Origin: an uncultured Saprospirales bacterium
GTDB lineage: Bacteria > Bacteroidota > Bacteroidia > Chitinophagales > JADIYW01
DNA: 64,000 nucleotides
Assembly (NCBI GenBank): GCA_938008535.1
Contig: CALLKF010000138.1
Coordinates: forward strand, 16,930-80,929
Direction of reading: 5' to 3'
Within the stretch, counting starts at the first letter, position 1. Every line of letters starts with the position of its first letter. Positions 29,185 to 38,686 of this stretch are shown here, in pieces. Position numbers and translations under genes: made by a program. The notes under the pieces were generated by a model. It made no database searches. It had not been told where the DNA came from and worked only from the letters and a program-made list of their open reading frames with translations.

Positions 29185-29212
29185 TATAACTTATAACCTA
29201 TAACTTATAACT
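29185..29212 (+). repeat. Heptanucleotide tandem repeat (TATAACY)x4
   Basis: Units tataact, tataacc, tataact, tataact read directly. The last unit overlaps a TAACTTTG -7-like box (29208-29215). Confidence 0.85.
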
Positions 29213-29219
29213 TTGCAAC

Positions 29220-29471
29220 ATGAGAATTGCAGGCGAAATACAACATCCGATTTTAAAAATAACCGTACTTCAAATGAATAACCGTTATGTATTGAAACTC
29301 GAAGCAAATCATTTGGAACAAACGTATAAATTCAATGAAGACGACAATTTGCGGACGTTTGAAGATGTAAAAAAATTGGTAGATGATGAGTTTTTAACAG
29401 AATGCATCAAACGTTTCTCTGATATGAATAAAAGTCGTGGTGAATCGTATAACAGAAATATTTTAGCTTAA
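29220..29471 (+). CDS. Hypothetical protein (83 aa)
   Basis: ORF only. The start is uncertain: a -7-like box ends 4 nt before the ATG, and an internal Met is at codon 19. Confidence 0.4.
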   Translation: MRIAGEIQHPILKITVLQMNNRYVLKLEANHLEQTYKFNEDDNLRTFEDVKKLVDDEFLTECIKRFSDMNKSRGESYNRNILA

Positions 29472-29536
29472 TTTACAAAAGAGAATTTCTAATGGTATAG
29501 AAAACCTTATCTTCGATTTATAAAATAATTAAATAC

Positions 29537-30529
29537 ATGAAAGCAGACATCAAAAAAATATATGAAGCACACGTGGCTTTTGAATTAGAGCAATTCGATA
29601 AAAAACACCTGAAAGCTAATATCAAAGAAGAAATTAGTGTCGTTTGGAAATGGTTAGATTCTGTGAAATTAAACGATGTTTCTTCTGTTGAAAAAGTTAT
29701 TGATTTTGAAGATAGAAATATTAAAGACAGAAAATTAACGAAACACCAAAAAGAATATATCGTTGATATTTCCAATTCTATTCACGAATTAGCGTTGAAA
29801 AGCAAACACACAGTTGCTGATTTCATTGATGAAGATACTTTTAATGATGTTGCTGATAAAGTGATCGCGCAAAAAGAAATTCGCGAAAAAATTATTTCAG
29901 ATGTAGTAAAAAATCCATTTTATGGTGAGATGATTGCTGACACGTTATACGATGGAATTAAATCGTTTGCAGCGCAAAGCGGACCAAGTAACGAAACAGT
30001 TGGCGGTTCGTTGTTCAATATTGGTAAAGGTTTGTTAGGTGCAGCATTATCTGGTGTTTCGGACACGATTGATAAAAATATCAAAAAATTTATTTCAGAT
30101 AATTTGCAAAAATCTTTAGTGAAAAATGAGCAAATGCTGAAAGATAAATTAAGTGATGCAAAGTTACGCGTGATGGCAAAAACCATTTGGGAAAAACTGG
30201 AAGATACTAAAGTAAAAGACTTGGCAAGAGGTGTGAAGCTAACCGATCACGATAGAAATGAAATATTAATTTCTGCTGAAAAAGCGATAAGTATTGCATT
30301 ACAATCAGAACCTGTGAAAGAATTAATCTATCATATTTTAAATCATTTTTTCGAGCATTCAGGCAAAAAATCAATCGCACAAATTTTAGAAGATAATGGC
30401 CTCACCGAAAAAAATGCCATCAAAGAAAGCGAAGAATTCATTGTTCCATTTTTAGAAAAGGCAAACAAAGATGGTTTCTTAAAAGAACGAATCGAAGCTC
30501 GATTGAGCAAGTTTTATTCAACATTATAA
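29537..30529 (+). CDS. Hypothetical protein (330 aa)
   Basis: Long ORF of coding-like composition, charged and helical, with a Gly-rich central segment (GGSLFNIGKGLLGAALSG). No family recognised. Confidence 0.55.
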   Translation: MKADIKKIYEAHVAFELEQFDKKHLKANIKEEISVVWKWLDSVKLNDVSSVEKVIDFEDRNIKDRKLTKHQKEYIVDISNSIHELALKSKHTVADFIDEDTFNDVADKVIAQKEIREKIISDVVKNPFYGEMIADTLYDGIKSFAAQSGPSNETVGGSLFNIGKGLLGAALSGVSDTIDKNIKKFISDNLQKSLVKNEQMLKDKLSDAKLRVMAKTIWEKLEDTKVKDLARGVKLTDHDRNEILISAEKAISIALQSEPVKELIYHILNHFFEHSGKKSIAQILEDNGLTEKNAIKESEEFIVPFLEKANKDGFLKERIEARLSKFYSTL

Positions 30530-30531
30530 AA

Positions 30532-31401
30532 CTAATACAATAATTTTTGGTCATCCAATACTTGAATTAATTTTTCTCTATCGCGAAATGATTGCCAACA
30601 AATTCCATTTGTTTGTTGCGAACTCATTTTATGTTGAACCAAATTCATACCACGATTCCAAGATTCGGTTCGCAAGATGTCAATAGCCAAATGTGTAGTA
30701 AAACCAATGCCTTTCACATTATCAATGGCTTTGCCTAATTCAAATAACTGAAAAACATTGTCTGCATTTTGAACACCGTATTGCCTGTTTAATTCTAACG
30801 AAGCATTTGGATAGGTAGCTGCAATAAAATCAGTATATTCAACAAAATCTGCTTCAAATTCTGGTTGTGCTTTAATATTATCTAACACAAAAGGAATGTC
30901 ATAAGTAATGTGTGCATTGATGCCTGAAAGTGCTAAATGCAAAATGGTGTTTCGGTTTTCAGCAACTCTAAGAAAATAATTATTCCACGCAGGTTCAATG
31001 GTTTTACCTAATAAATATGAATGTAAATTGCGAATAAAATGTTTTGCAAATTCATTCATAAATGCGCGCCCTTGTGGTGCATATGATGATGAAGAAGTTG
31101 ATAAAGTTTGATACGCAACATTAGTTACTACATTATATAAAGTAGGAAACGCGCCAACTCTGTCGTGGTATTTATTCAAAATAGCAGTCAGTGTATTCAT
31201 GCTATATTTTAATTCCACAATGCTGTAAATTTTTGAAGTATCTGTTAGTTCTAACAGCAAATTATAATCTTCATCTGCATAAAAAGTAGTGCCTTCGCCA
31301 ACAATCTTTAAATGTTGTTCTGATAAAGATGGCTGCTTTTCTTTAGTGCAAAATGTACAGAAAAGCAAGACGCTGAAATAGATAAGTAATTTATGGTTCA
31401 T
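30532..31401 (-). CDS. Hypothetical lipoprotein
   Basis: Start preferred at MNHKLLIYFSVLLFCTFCTKEK (signal peptide plus Cys) rather than the upstream ATG at 31446. Confidence 0.5.
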   Translation of the reverse strand: MNHKLLIYFSVLLFCTFCTKEKQPSLSEQHLKIVGEGTTFYADEDYNLLLELTDTSKIYSIVELKYSMNTLTAILNKYHDRVGAFPTLYNVVTNVAYQTLSTSSSSYAPQGRAFMNEFAKHFIRNLHSYLLGKTIEPAWNNYFLRVAENRNTILHLALSGINAHITYDIPFVLDNIKAQPEFEADFVEYTDFIAATYPNASLELNRQYGVQNADNVFQLFELGKAIDNVKGIGFTTHLAIDILRTESWNRGMNLVQHKMSSQQTNGICWQSFRDREKLIQVLDDQKLLY

Positions 31402-31462
31402 ACTTAAAGTTAGAAAATTAATTCTATAAATCAAATACCACAACAATTAAATATTCCAGAAA

Positions 31463-32275
31463 TTATTTCTTCTTTTTCTCTTTTGTCTTCTCTTTCGTAT
31501 TTAGAAATCTAAAAACCAAACCACTTGAACAAATAAATCTTGGTGAAGTTTTCAAGAAACCAGCGCCAGCAGAAAAATCAAATTGCAACCATTTATTAAA
31601 TAAATACGCAAAGCCAAGATTACCACGCACATCAAATCGTTCGCCTTGTGGATAGAAACCAAATACTTCTAAAAATAATTTTATTTGTTGATGTTTCGAT
31701 GTTGGTTTTCCTATAACTTTAGTGTAGTTGGTTGCTACTGCAAAATTATACGTTGGCTTTGCATCTTCACCATTCCAAAATAAACCATAATTATAAATCA
31801 TGCCAAAATTCTTTGGTAAATATTGTTCCATTACAATTTTAAAATAAGGTGCAACATACTTTGTTCTGAAATTTTTTGTCGAAATTATATTCACACTCAA
31901 ACCACCAATAAAAGAACTACCTGGCGCATATTTTTTAGCATCAATCATTTTAATTTTCATGCCTAAATAAATTGGATGCAAACCTGTTTCTTTATAGGTT
32001 TCCGCTTTATAAGTAGTTGCATCGCCATTTATTCTAAACTCGAAATAATTACTGATTCCATATTTTAATAAAAAATTTGGTGCTTGAATTTCATGGTAAT
32101 TCTTAAAATAATTATAGGTAACACCAACTTCAACTTGTGCTTTTCCTTTTGGAACTAGTAAATTTCCTTCTGCATTAGAGCCACGTGTGGTGGCAAAATG
32201 AAAGATAGCTGTGTCTTGTGAAATTGCATTTTTACTTAGAAATAAAACGGTTAAAACGAATAGTAATTTTCTCAT
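31463..32275 (-). CDS. Putative outer-membrane beta-barrel protein
   Basis: Signal peptide (VLFLSKNAISQ), alternating aromatic/hydrophobic beta-strand pattern, a GLVFRF barrel-terminal motif, then a Lys-rich tail. Confidence 0.5.
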   Translation of the reverse strand: MRKLLFVLTVLFLSKNAISQDTAIFHFATTRGSNAEGNLLVPKGKAQVEVGVTYNYFKNYHEIQAPNFLLKYGISNYFEFRINGDATTYKAETYKETGLHPIYLGMKIKMIDAKKYAPGSSFIGGLSVNIISTKNFRTKYVAPYFKIVMEQYLPKNFGMIYNYGLFWNGEDAKPTYNFAVATNYTKVIGKPTSKHQQIKLFLEVFGFYPQGERFDVRGNLGFAYLFNKWLQFDFSAGAGFLKTSPRFICSSGLVFRFLNTKEKTKEKKKK

Positions 32276-32317
32276 TTTATAAAAATACCAAAATTAACTA
32301 CATTTACAAAAAAATAA

Positions 32318-32833
32318 ATGGCAACTTATCAGCAACAATTAGAAGGACAAGTAATTAAGCATGCAAATGTTTTTGTTGCTGATACAGCGCGCGTTTTAGG
32401 TAATGTAGAATTGCATGATGATGTTTCGATTTGGTTTGGAGCCGTATTGCGTGCCGATTTTGATAAAATCAGTATTGGTAAAAGAACGAATGTACAAGAA
32501 GGCGTGATTATGCATGTTGACCATGGAAGTCCAATAATTATTGGAGAAGACAATGTGATTGGCCACGGTGCAATTATTCATGGTTCGATTATTGGTAATT
32601 TTAATTTAATTGGAATGCGTGCCACGATTTTAAACGGTGCAAAAATTGGTAACGGCTGCATCATTGGAGCGCATGCACTAGTAACAGAAAATATGGTGGT
32701 TCCAGATGGCAGCATGGTTTTAGGAACACCTGGAAAAGTGATAAAAACATTGCCGTTGGAAAGTGTGAAAATAGGTGTGATGCTTGGTGTGGAAGAATAT
32801 TTAAAAGAAGCAAAAAAATATTTAGAAATATAG
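32318..32833 (+). CDS. Gamma carbonic anhydrase-like / hexapeptide-repeat (LbH) protein
   Basis: VLGNVELHDDVSIWFGAVLRAD...IGHGAIIHGSIIG hexapeptide pattern, ~170 aa, as in the YrdA/PaaY family. Confidence 0.8.
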   Translation: MATYQQQLEGQVIKHANVFVADTARVLGNVELHDDVSIWFGAVLRADFDKISIGKRTNVQEGVIMHVDHGSPIIIGEDNVIGHGAIIHGSIIGNFNLIGMRATILNGAKIGNGCIIGAHALVTENMVVPDGSMVLGTPGKVIKTLPLESVKIGVMLGVEEYLKEAKKYLEI

Positions 32834-32884
32834 AAAAATGTATCACAGAGAAAACAAAGTAAACAAAGAGAATTTAAAAAATAA

Positions 32885-32917
32885 AACTCTGTGAAATCTC
32901 AGTGAAACTCTGTGACA
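32885..32917 (+). repeat. Three 11-nt direct repeats (AACTCTGTGAA-like)
   Basis: Units aactctgtgaa, atctcagtgaa and actctgtgaca. An inverted partner tcacagag lies at 32843-32850. Confidence 0.7.
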
Positions 32918-32938
32918 TTAAAATCAATTTAATCTGCA

Positions 32939-33904
32939 ATGAAAATACTAGTCATACGTTTTTCTTCTATTGGCGATATTGTTCTGACAAGTCCTGTGAT
33001 TCGTTGCATAAAAAATCAATTAGCAAATAGTGAAGTACATTATTTGACTAAAAATTCGTTCAAAGAAATATTGATTGCGAATCCATATCTTTCAAAAATT
33101 TATGCATTTGAAAAAGATGTTTCAGAAATTATAAATCAACTTAAAGAAGAAAAATATGATTTGATCATTGATCTGCACGATAATATTCGTTCGCATCAGG
33201 TTTCAACGATGTTGAAAGTAAAAACGTATCGTTACAATAAGCAACGATTCAAGCGTTTTTTGTTAACGCAGTTCAAACTAAATTTACTAAATAATCATGT
33301 AGTTGATCGATATTTTTCTGCTGTAAAAAAACTGAATGTTATCAATGATGGAAAAGGGTTGGATTATTTTATTCCTGAGAAAGATGAGATTCCACCAGCG
33401 AATTTGCCATTCACACATTTGGCTGGTTTCTGCGTAATTGTAGTTGGCGCAAAGCATTTCACCAAAACTATACCATTAGATAAATTAAAAGAATTGTGCG
33501 AAAAAATCAACATTCCAATCATGCTGATTGGTGGTTTGGAAGATGCATATACAGGTACGCAATTAGAAGCTATCGATAATTTTAAGATTTATAATTCTTG
33601 TGGAAAATTCAATATCAACCAATCAGCATCTATTATTAAAAAAGCAAAGTTTGTCATTACTGGTGACACAGGCATGATGCACATCGCAGCAGCATTGAAT
33701 AAACGTATTATTTCGATTTTTAGCGGAACAGAAAAACGCTTAGGTTTTACACCATACAATACTAACGCTTCACAAAATGTGATGATAGAAAATACCAATC
33801 TTTCGTGCCGACCTTGCCACAAACACGGCTTGCCAGCTTGTCCAAAAAATCATTTCAAATGTATGAATGAGTTGGATATGCAGAAAGTGATTGATGTTTT
33901 GTAA
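32939..33904 (+). CDS. Glycosyltransferase family 9 (heptosyltransferase-like)
   Basis: N-terminus MKILVIRFSSIGDIVLTSPVIRCIK and C-terminal ITGDTGMMHIAAAL, both typical of GT9. Confidence 0.8.
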   Translation: MKILVIRFSSIGDIVLTSPVIRCIKNQLANSEVHYLTKNSFKEILIANPYLSKIYAFEKDVSEIINQLKEEKYDLIIDLHDNIRSHQVSTMLKVKTYRYNKQRFKRFLLTQFKLNLLNNHVVDRYFSAVKKLNVINDGKGLDYFIPEKDEIPPANLPFTHLAGFCVIVVGAKHFTKTIPLDKLKELCEKINIPIMLIGGLEDAYTGTQLEAIDNFKIYNSCGKFNINQSASIIKKAKFVITGDTGMMHIAAALNKRIISIFSGTEKRLGFTPYNTNASQNVMIENTNLSCRPCHKHGLPACPKNHFKCMNELDMQKVIDVL

Positions 33905-33949
33905 TCATTTTCACTTTCACCATCACTTCCGAAATATCGGAATACTTTT

Positions 33950-34417
33950 TCAATCATTATGATATGGAAAACCATGTATAATTGTATAAGCACGATACAA
34001 TTGTTCCATAAAAATTAAACGAATTAATTGATGCGAGTAGGTCATTTTTGACAAGGAAAGTTGTGCATTGGCTCGTTCATAAATTTTATCATCAAAACCA
34101 TACGCACCACCAATTAAGAAAATAATTTTCTTTACGGACTGATTGTCTTTTTGCTGAATAAAATCAGCAAATTCAACAGATGAAAACTGCTTGCCTTTTT
34201 CATCTAACAAAATTAAAAAATCATCGCTTTTTAGTTTTGAAAGTATTTTTTCAGCTTCTAAATTTTTTATTGATTTTGGATTGGTTTGTCCTTTTATATC
34301 TGCAATTTCTACTAGTTCAACGGAAGTAAATTTTTGAATGCGTTTCAAAAATTCATCATATCCTTTTTTGGTAAAATCCTGAAAGGTTTTGCCTATCCAC
34401 CAAATTTCTATTTTCAT
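33950..34417 (-). CDS. rlmH: 23S rRNA (pseudouridine1915-N3)-methyltransferase
   Basis: MKIEIWWIGKT...LIGGAYGF...SLSKMTYSHQLIRLIFMEQLYRAYTI matches the RlmH SPOUT family at ~155 aa. The 52-codon upstream extension in the ORF track overlaps the neighbouring gene and looks non-coding. Confidence 0.85.
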   Translation of the reverse strand: MKIEIWWIGKTFQDFTKKGYDEFLKRIQKFTSVELVEIADIKGQTNPKSIKNLEAEKILSKLKSDDFLILLDEKGKQFSSVEFADFIQQKDNQSVKKIIFLIGGAYGFDDKIYERANAQLSLSKMTYSHQLIRLIFMEQLYRAYTIIHGFPYHND

Positions 34418-34481
34418 GTGTATGTTTTCTACTTGACAAATATGATAAAAAATCGTAATTTGTATAATAAAATCTAAGAGC

Positions 34482-34673
34482 ATGGCAAAGTTACTCACTC
34501 TTAGAAACATAATAACCTTTTTTACATGTCTATTTTTAGTAGCATGTAATAAAGTAAATGAAGACGATGTCATTCACAAAATTTCATCTGAAGATAAAGA
34601 TTATGGAAATATTGTAGATGTTGTCTCAGATCCTGAATCTGGAAAACAAGTTTTTATTGTAGTTAGAAAATAA
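34482..34673 (+). CDS. Small lipoprotein (63 aa)
   Basis: Signal peptide with lipobox (CLFLVAC). ORF only. Confidence 0.4.
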   Translation: MAKLLTLRNIITFFTCLFLVACNKVNEDDVIHKISSEDKDYGNIVDVVSDPESGKQVFIVVRK

Positions 34674-34743
34674 CAAACTAAATAAAGTTTCATTTTATTG
34701 AATTTTTTTTCGTCAATTTGTGTTATGATTTAAAATTAAAAGA

Positions 34744-35205
34744 ATGACACCTGTTTTAGTATTCTCTATCTTGTTTTTTGGTATCTTATTATTTGTAGCC
34801 GAAGTTTTTTTGTTCCCATCTGGCATTTTAGGTAAAGTTGGATTTATAACTACAGTAGTTGGTTTGTTTTTTGCTTATAAATTATTTGGATTCAATACTG
34901 GAACTTTATGCTTATTTGGTGCGTTTATCATTAACGGTTGTTTGTTGTATTTTGGTGCAGACAGAATTTCAAAAAGTAAAATGGCGATGCAACAAACAAG
35001 TGATGGAAAAGTAAATATATTTTCAGATTTTGGTTTAAAAGTAGGTGACAAAGGTATAACCATTACAGATTTACGACCAGAAGGAAAGGCAATTTTCAAT
35101 AACGATAAAATTACAATTTGGTCGTTTAATGGTTTTATTGATGCAAATGAAGCCGTTGAAGTACATCAAATCAAAGACAATAAAATTTATGTTCAAAAAG
35201 TATAA
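34744..35205 (+). CDS. NfeD family membrane protein
   Basis: Three N-terminal TM helices plus a C-terminal OB-like domain (LRPEGKAIFNNDKITIWSF...VEVHQIKDNKIYV). Sits directly upstream of floA, as NfeD genes typically do. Confidence 0.75.
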   Translation: MTPVLVFSILFFGILLFVAEVFLFPSGILGKVGFITTVVGLFFAYKLFGFNTGTLCLFGAFIINGCLLYFGADRISKSKMAMQQTSDGKVNIFSDFGLKVGDKGITITDLRPEGKAIFNNDKITIWSFNGFIDANEAVEVHQIKDNKIYVQKV

Positions 35206-35271
35206 ATATTATGCTTAATTTCATCAGTTCAATTCAAACTCATTAATTCTATAATTCATTAATTAAAAACT

Positions 35272-36255
35272 ATGTCAGGTTCTTTTCTTACCATTATCAG
35301 TATTGTACTTTTAGTATTTATACTTATCTTTTTTATGATGTTTATGAAATACATAGGCATGTGGATTTCTGCCAAATTATCTAATGTAGATATTGGATTT
35401 TTTCAATTATTCTTTATGCAATTACGTCGTGTGCCACCTCAAATTATCGTGAATAGCTTGATTACAGCAACTAAAGCAGGTTTGCAGGTTTCTCGTAATG
35501 ATTTGGAAGCGCACTATTTAGCAGGAGGAAAAATAAATAACGTGATAAATGCCTTGATTTCTGCCGATAAAGCAAATATTCCTTTAACGTTTAAAGAAGC
35601 AACCGCAATTGATTTAGCTGGTCGTGATGTGTTGCAAGCAGTACAAATGTGCGTAAATCCAAAAGTAATTGAATCGCCACCAGTAACAGCAGTTGCAAAA
35701 GATGGTATTCAGTTAATTACGCGTGCTCGTGTAACTGTGCGTGCAAATATCAAACAATTTGTTGGTGGTGCTGGTGAAGAAACAGTTTTGGCGCGTATTG
35801 GTGAAGGTATTGTAACATCTATAGGTTCTGCTGAAAGCCATAAAACAGTGATGGAAAATCCAGATACGATTTCAAAATTAGTATTACATAAAGGGTTGGA
35901 CAGCGGTACAGCGTTCGAGATTCTTTCGATTGATATTGCAGATATTGATGTTGGTAAAAACATTGGTGCTTATTTACAAATGGACCAGGCAAATGCTGAT
36001 AAAAATATTGCACAGGCAAAAGCAGAAGAACGTCGTGCGATGGCAATTGCATTAGAACACGAAATGAAAGCAAAAGCACAAGAATCAAGAGCTAAAGTAA
36101 TTGATGCTGAAGCGCAAATTCCACTAGCGATTGCAGAAGCATTCAGATCTGGAAAACTTGGAATCATGGATTATTACAAAATGGAAAATGTGAAAGCAGA
36201 TACCAAAATGCGCGATTCATTAGCAGATGAAAACAAATCAACAGCAGCTGAATAA
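35272..36255 (+). CDS. floA: Flotillin-like protein FloA (SPFH/band-7, UPF0365)
   Basis: N-terminal TM helix, then ...[29 protein letters not shown]...[23 protein letters not shown]..., characteristic of FloA/YqfA. Confidence 0.85.
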   Translation: MSGSFLTIISIVLLVFILIFFMMFMKYIGMWISAKLSNVDIGFFQLFFMQLRRVPPQIIVNSLITATKAGLQVSRNDLEAHYLAGGKINNVINALISADKANIPLTFKEATAIDLAGRDVLQAVQMCVNPKVIESPPVTAVAKDGIQLITRARVTVRANIKQFVGGAGEETVLARIGEGIVTSIGSAESHKTVMENPDTISKLVLHKGLDSGTAFEILSIDIADIDVGKNIGAYLQMDQANADKNIAQAKAEERRAMAIALEHEMKAKAQESRAKVIDAEAQIPLAIAEAFRSGKLGIMDYYKMENVKADTKMRDSLADENKSTAAE

Positions 36256-36283
36256 CAAGAATAGCTTCTGTACATTTTATATG

Positions 36284-36320
36284 AAAAGAACAATGTGTTT
36301 TATGCATTGTTCTTTTTTTT
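36284..36320 (+). terminator. Strong rho-independent terminator of the nfeD-floA operon
   Basis: 12-bp stem aaaagaacaatg (36284-36295) / cattgttctttt (36305-36316), continuing into a T-run. Confidence 0.9.
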
Positions 36321-36346
36321 ATTTCTTTTGATTAATTTTATACAGA

Positions 36347-37513
36347 ATGAACTTCTACCAACAACGCAACAGATGGAAAATTTTATTGTTCTTATTTGCG
36401 ATTTGCATCATTGCATTTACGTTGTGGTACACGCATAAATTAGCGCAATCTATTGCCAAAGAAGAAATTAAAAAAGCAGAAGAAATTGCGTATGCTTATA
36501 AAATTCTGAACAGTAGCTCGTCTGATGAATTGGAGTTATCGAAAGCATTGGATAAAATTAAACTGAACAATAACATTCCTGTAATTTGGGCAAATAAGCA
36601 AGATGAAATTTTGGCGGAAAAGAATTTTGATTCGGTAAAAGTTGCCAAGCATAAAGATTATTTACAAAAAGAATTGGTGAAACTCAAACAAATTCATCAA
36701 TACATAGACATTCATCTACCTGAAAACGAACATCAGTTTCTGTATTACAAAGATTCTGATTTATTAGTTGCCATTCGGAAATATCCTTTCTATGTATTAG
36801 CGTTGGTTGCTTTGTTTTTTATTATAAGCTATGCAGCGTTTACTTCGGCGCGACGTGCGGAACAGAACCAAGTTTGGGTTGGTTTGGCAAAAGAAACTGC
36901 ACATCAACTCGGTACACCTTTATCTTCATTAACTGCGTGGATTGATATTTTGCGTGAGAAATTAAATGGACAAGAAGATGATGAAATGTTTAATGAAATG
37001 CAGAAAGATATTGACCGATTGGTGTTGATTGCAGAACGTTTTTCAAAAATTGGTTCGGTGCCTGAACTGCAAACTAACAGAGTGATTGACGTGCTGCAAA
37101 ACGGTGTCGATTATATTTCAAAACGTGCCTCTAAAAAAATACATATTTATGTGAAAGAAGGCACGGATATTAATTTGTTTGCGATGCTGAATCCGCCGTT
37201 ATTTGAATGGGTTTTGGAAAATTTAATGAAGAATGCACTGGATGCGATGGATGATACCGGTGAAATATTCGCGTATGCTTTTGAGCGCGATGGTTTAATA
37301 AATATTGATATCACAGACACAGGCAAAGGTGTTTCAAAAAATAATTTAGAACAAATATTTGAACCTGGTTTCAGTACAAAGAAGCGCGGCTGGGGCCTTG
37401 GTTTGACGTTAGCACGACGTATTATTGAAGAATATCATCACGGAAAAATATTTGTGAAAGAATCTTCTTCCAAAGGGACTACGTTCCGTATCATTTTAAA
37501 AGCTGCTGAATAA
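36347..37513 (+). CDS. Sensor histidine kinase (orphan)
   Basis: Two TM helices, H-box AKETAHQLGTPLSSL, N-box ENLMKNALDAM, G-boxes DTGKGV and GWGLGL. Confidence 0.8.
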   Translation: MNFYQQRNRWKILLFLFAICIIAFTLWYTHKLAQSIAKEEIKKAEEIAYAYKILNSSSSDELELSKALDKIKLNNNIPVIWANKQDEILAEKNFDSVKVAKHKDYLQKELVKLKQIHQYIDIHLPENEHQFLYYKDSDLLVAIRKYPFYVLALVALFFIISYAAFTSARRAEQNQVWVGLAKETAHQLGTPLSSLTAWIDILREKLNGQEDDEMFNEMQKDIDRLVLIAERFSKIGSVPELQTNRVIDVLQNGVDYISKRASKKIHIYVKEGTDINLFAMLNPPLFEWVLENLMKNALDAMDDTGEIFAYAFERDGLINIDITDTGKGVSKNNLEQIFEPGFSTKKRGWGLGLTLARRIIEEYHHGKIFVKESSSKGTTFRIILKAAE

Positions 37514-37523
37514 ATTTATTGCT

Positions 37524-38522
37524 ATGAAAAAACTACTTATCATTGGCGGCACACGTTTCGTTGGCAGAAATTTGATAGAAGCACTGCTTCAAAACGGTAC
37601 ATATGATATCACGTTGTTTAACAGAGGTATTAGTAATCCTAATTTATTTCCAACTATAAAATCAATAAAAGGCGACCGGAAAATAAAAGCTGATATAGAA
37701 ATGATTGCTACTTCATATTGGGATTGTATTATTGATATTTCAGGATATTGGCCAAGTGCGCTCGAGATGCAGTTGCCTTTGCTGGAAGGCAAGGTGGGCA
37801 AGTATATTTATATTTCTACGAGCAGTCATTATGCGTTTGATGAAGCGCATCCGCATCCAATAAAAGAAGATGAAGCGCTGGTGGATTGCACGCCTGAAGA
37901 AAAAGCAAGTGATGACAAACAGTATTATAATCAGCATAAAGCTGAATGTGAACGTATCATTCAATCGCATGCATGGCTGAATGCGGTGATATTGCGGCCT
38001 GGACTGATCATTGGAAAATATGATTATACGGATAGGCTGTATTATTGGTTTCACAAAGTATATAGTCAGCAGCAGCTTTTAGTGGCAGATGACGGAAAGC
38101 ATGCCATCTCTTTTACTGATGTAAACGATTTGGCGAAAGCTATCATACAATCTATTGATGCTGAAAAAAGTGACGTGTATAATGTTTCATCATTCACGGC
38201 TTCTATTGCTGATTTTATTGCACTTGCAAAACATCGCTTACATAAAAATCCGTTATTGATTTCTGCGACGGCTGATTTTTTAAAGGCACATGGTGTTGCA
38301 GAATGGATACATCTTCCGTTGTGGCTGAACGGTGATTATTTACAAACCGATTCTACCAAAATAAAAAAGGCGTATAATTTTTCTTTTTCACCTATTGAAG
38401 AAACTACAGATAAGCTGCTTGATTTTTATGCAAATACACTTCAGTGGAAACAACCTGAAACTACGATGCCATCGTTGCCTGCTGAGAAAGAAGCAGAGCT
38501 TATGGATGTGTTATTGCTATGA
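37524..38522 (+). CDS. NAD-dependent epimerase/dehydratase family protein
   Basis: LIIGGTRFVGRNL Rossmann motif and YxxxK (YYNQHK). Confidence 0.7.
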   Translation: MKKLLIIGGTRFVGRNLIEALLQNGTYDITLFNRGISNPNLFPTIKSIKGDRKIKADIEMIATSYWDCIIDISGYWPSALEMQLPLLEGKVGKYIYISTSSHYAFDEAHPHPIKEDEALVDCTPEEKASDDKQYYNQHKAECERIIQSHAWLNAVILRPGLIIGKYDYTDRLYYWFHKVYSQQQLLVADDGKHAISFTDVNDLAKAIIQSIDAEKSDVYNVSSFTASIADFIALAKHRLHKNPLLISATADFLKAHGVAEWIHLPLWLNGDYLQTDSTKIKKAYNFSFSPIEETTDKLLDFYANTLQWKQPETTMPSLPAEKEAELMDVLLL

Positions 38523-38686
38523 AAATCATACTTTAGAGTGAATATATTAAAATATTTAAGTGAATATGAATTTAAGAAGAAGTATGATTCTTGAAAGCAA
38601 AAAACTTGATTATTTTAAATAATAAAAGTCTTCCATGTTTCTACGTTTTTTCCTTAAATTTGCACACAAATTCTGCAAATCTACCC

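Noticed and set aside
34418-34573. The longer RlmH ORF (207 aa)
   Set aside because: The RlmH family is ~155 aa and begins at MKIEIWWIGK. The extension overlaps the divergent small lipoprotein gene and looks non-coding.
38591-38686. The upstream extension of the cysteine desulfurase gene
   Set aside because: The family N-terminus (MKIYFDNAATTP) begins at 38687, and a TAAATTTG -7-like box lies inside the extension.
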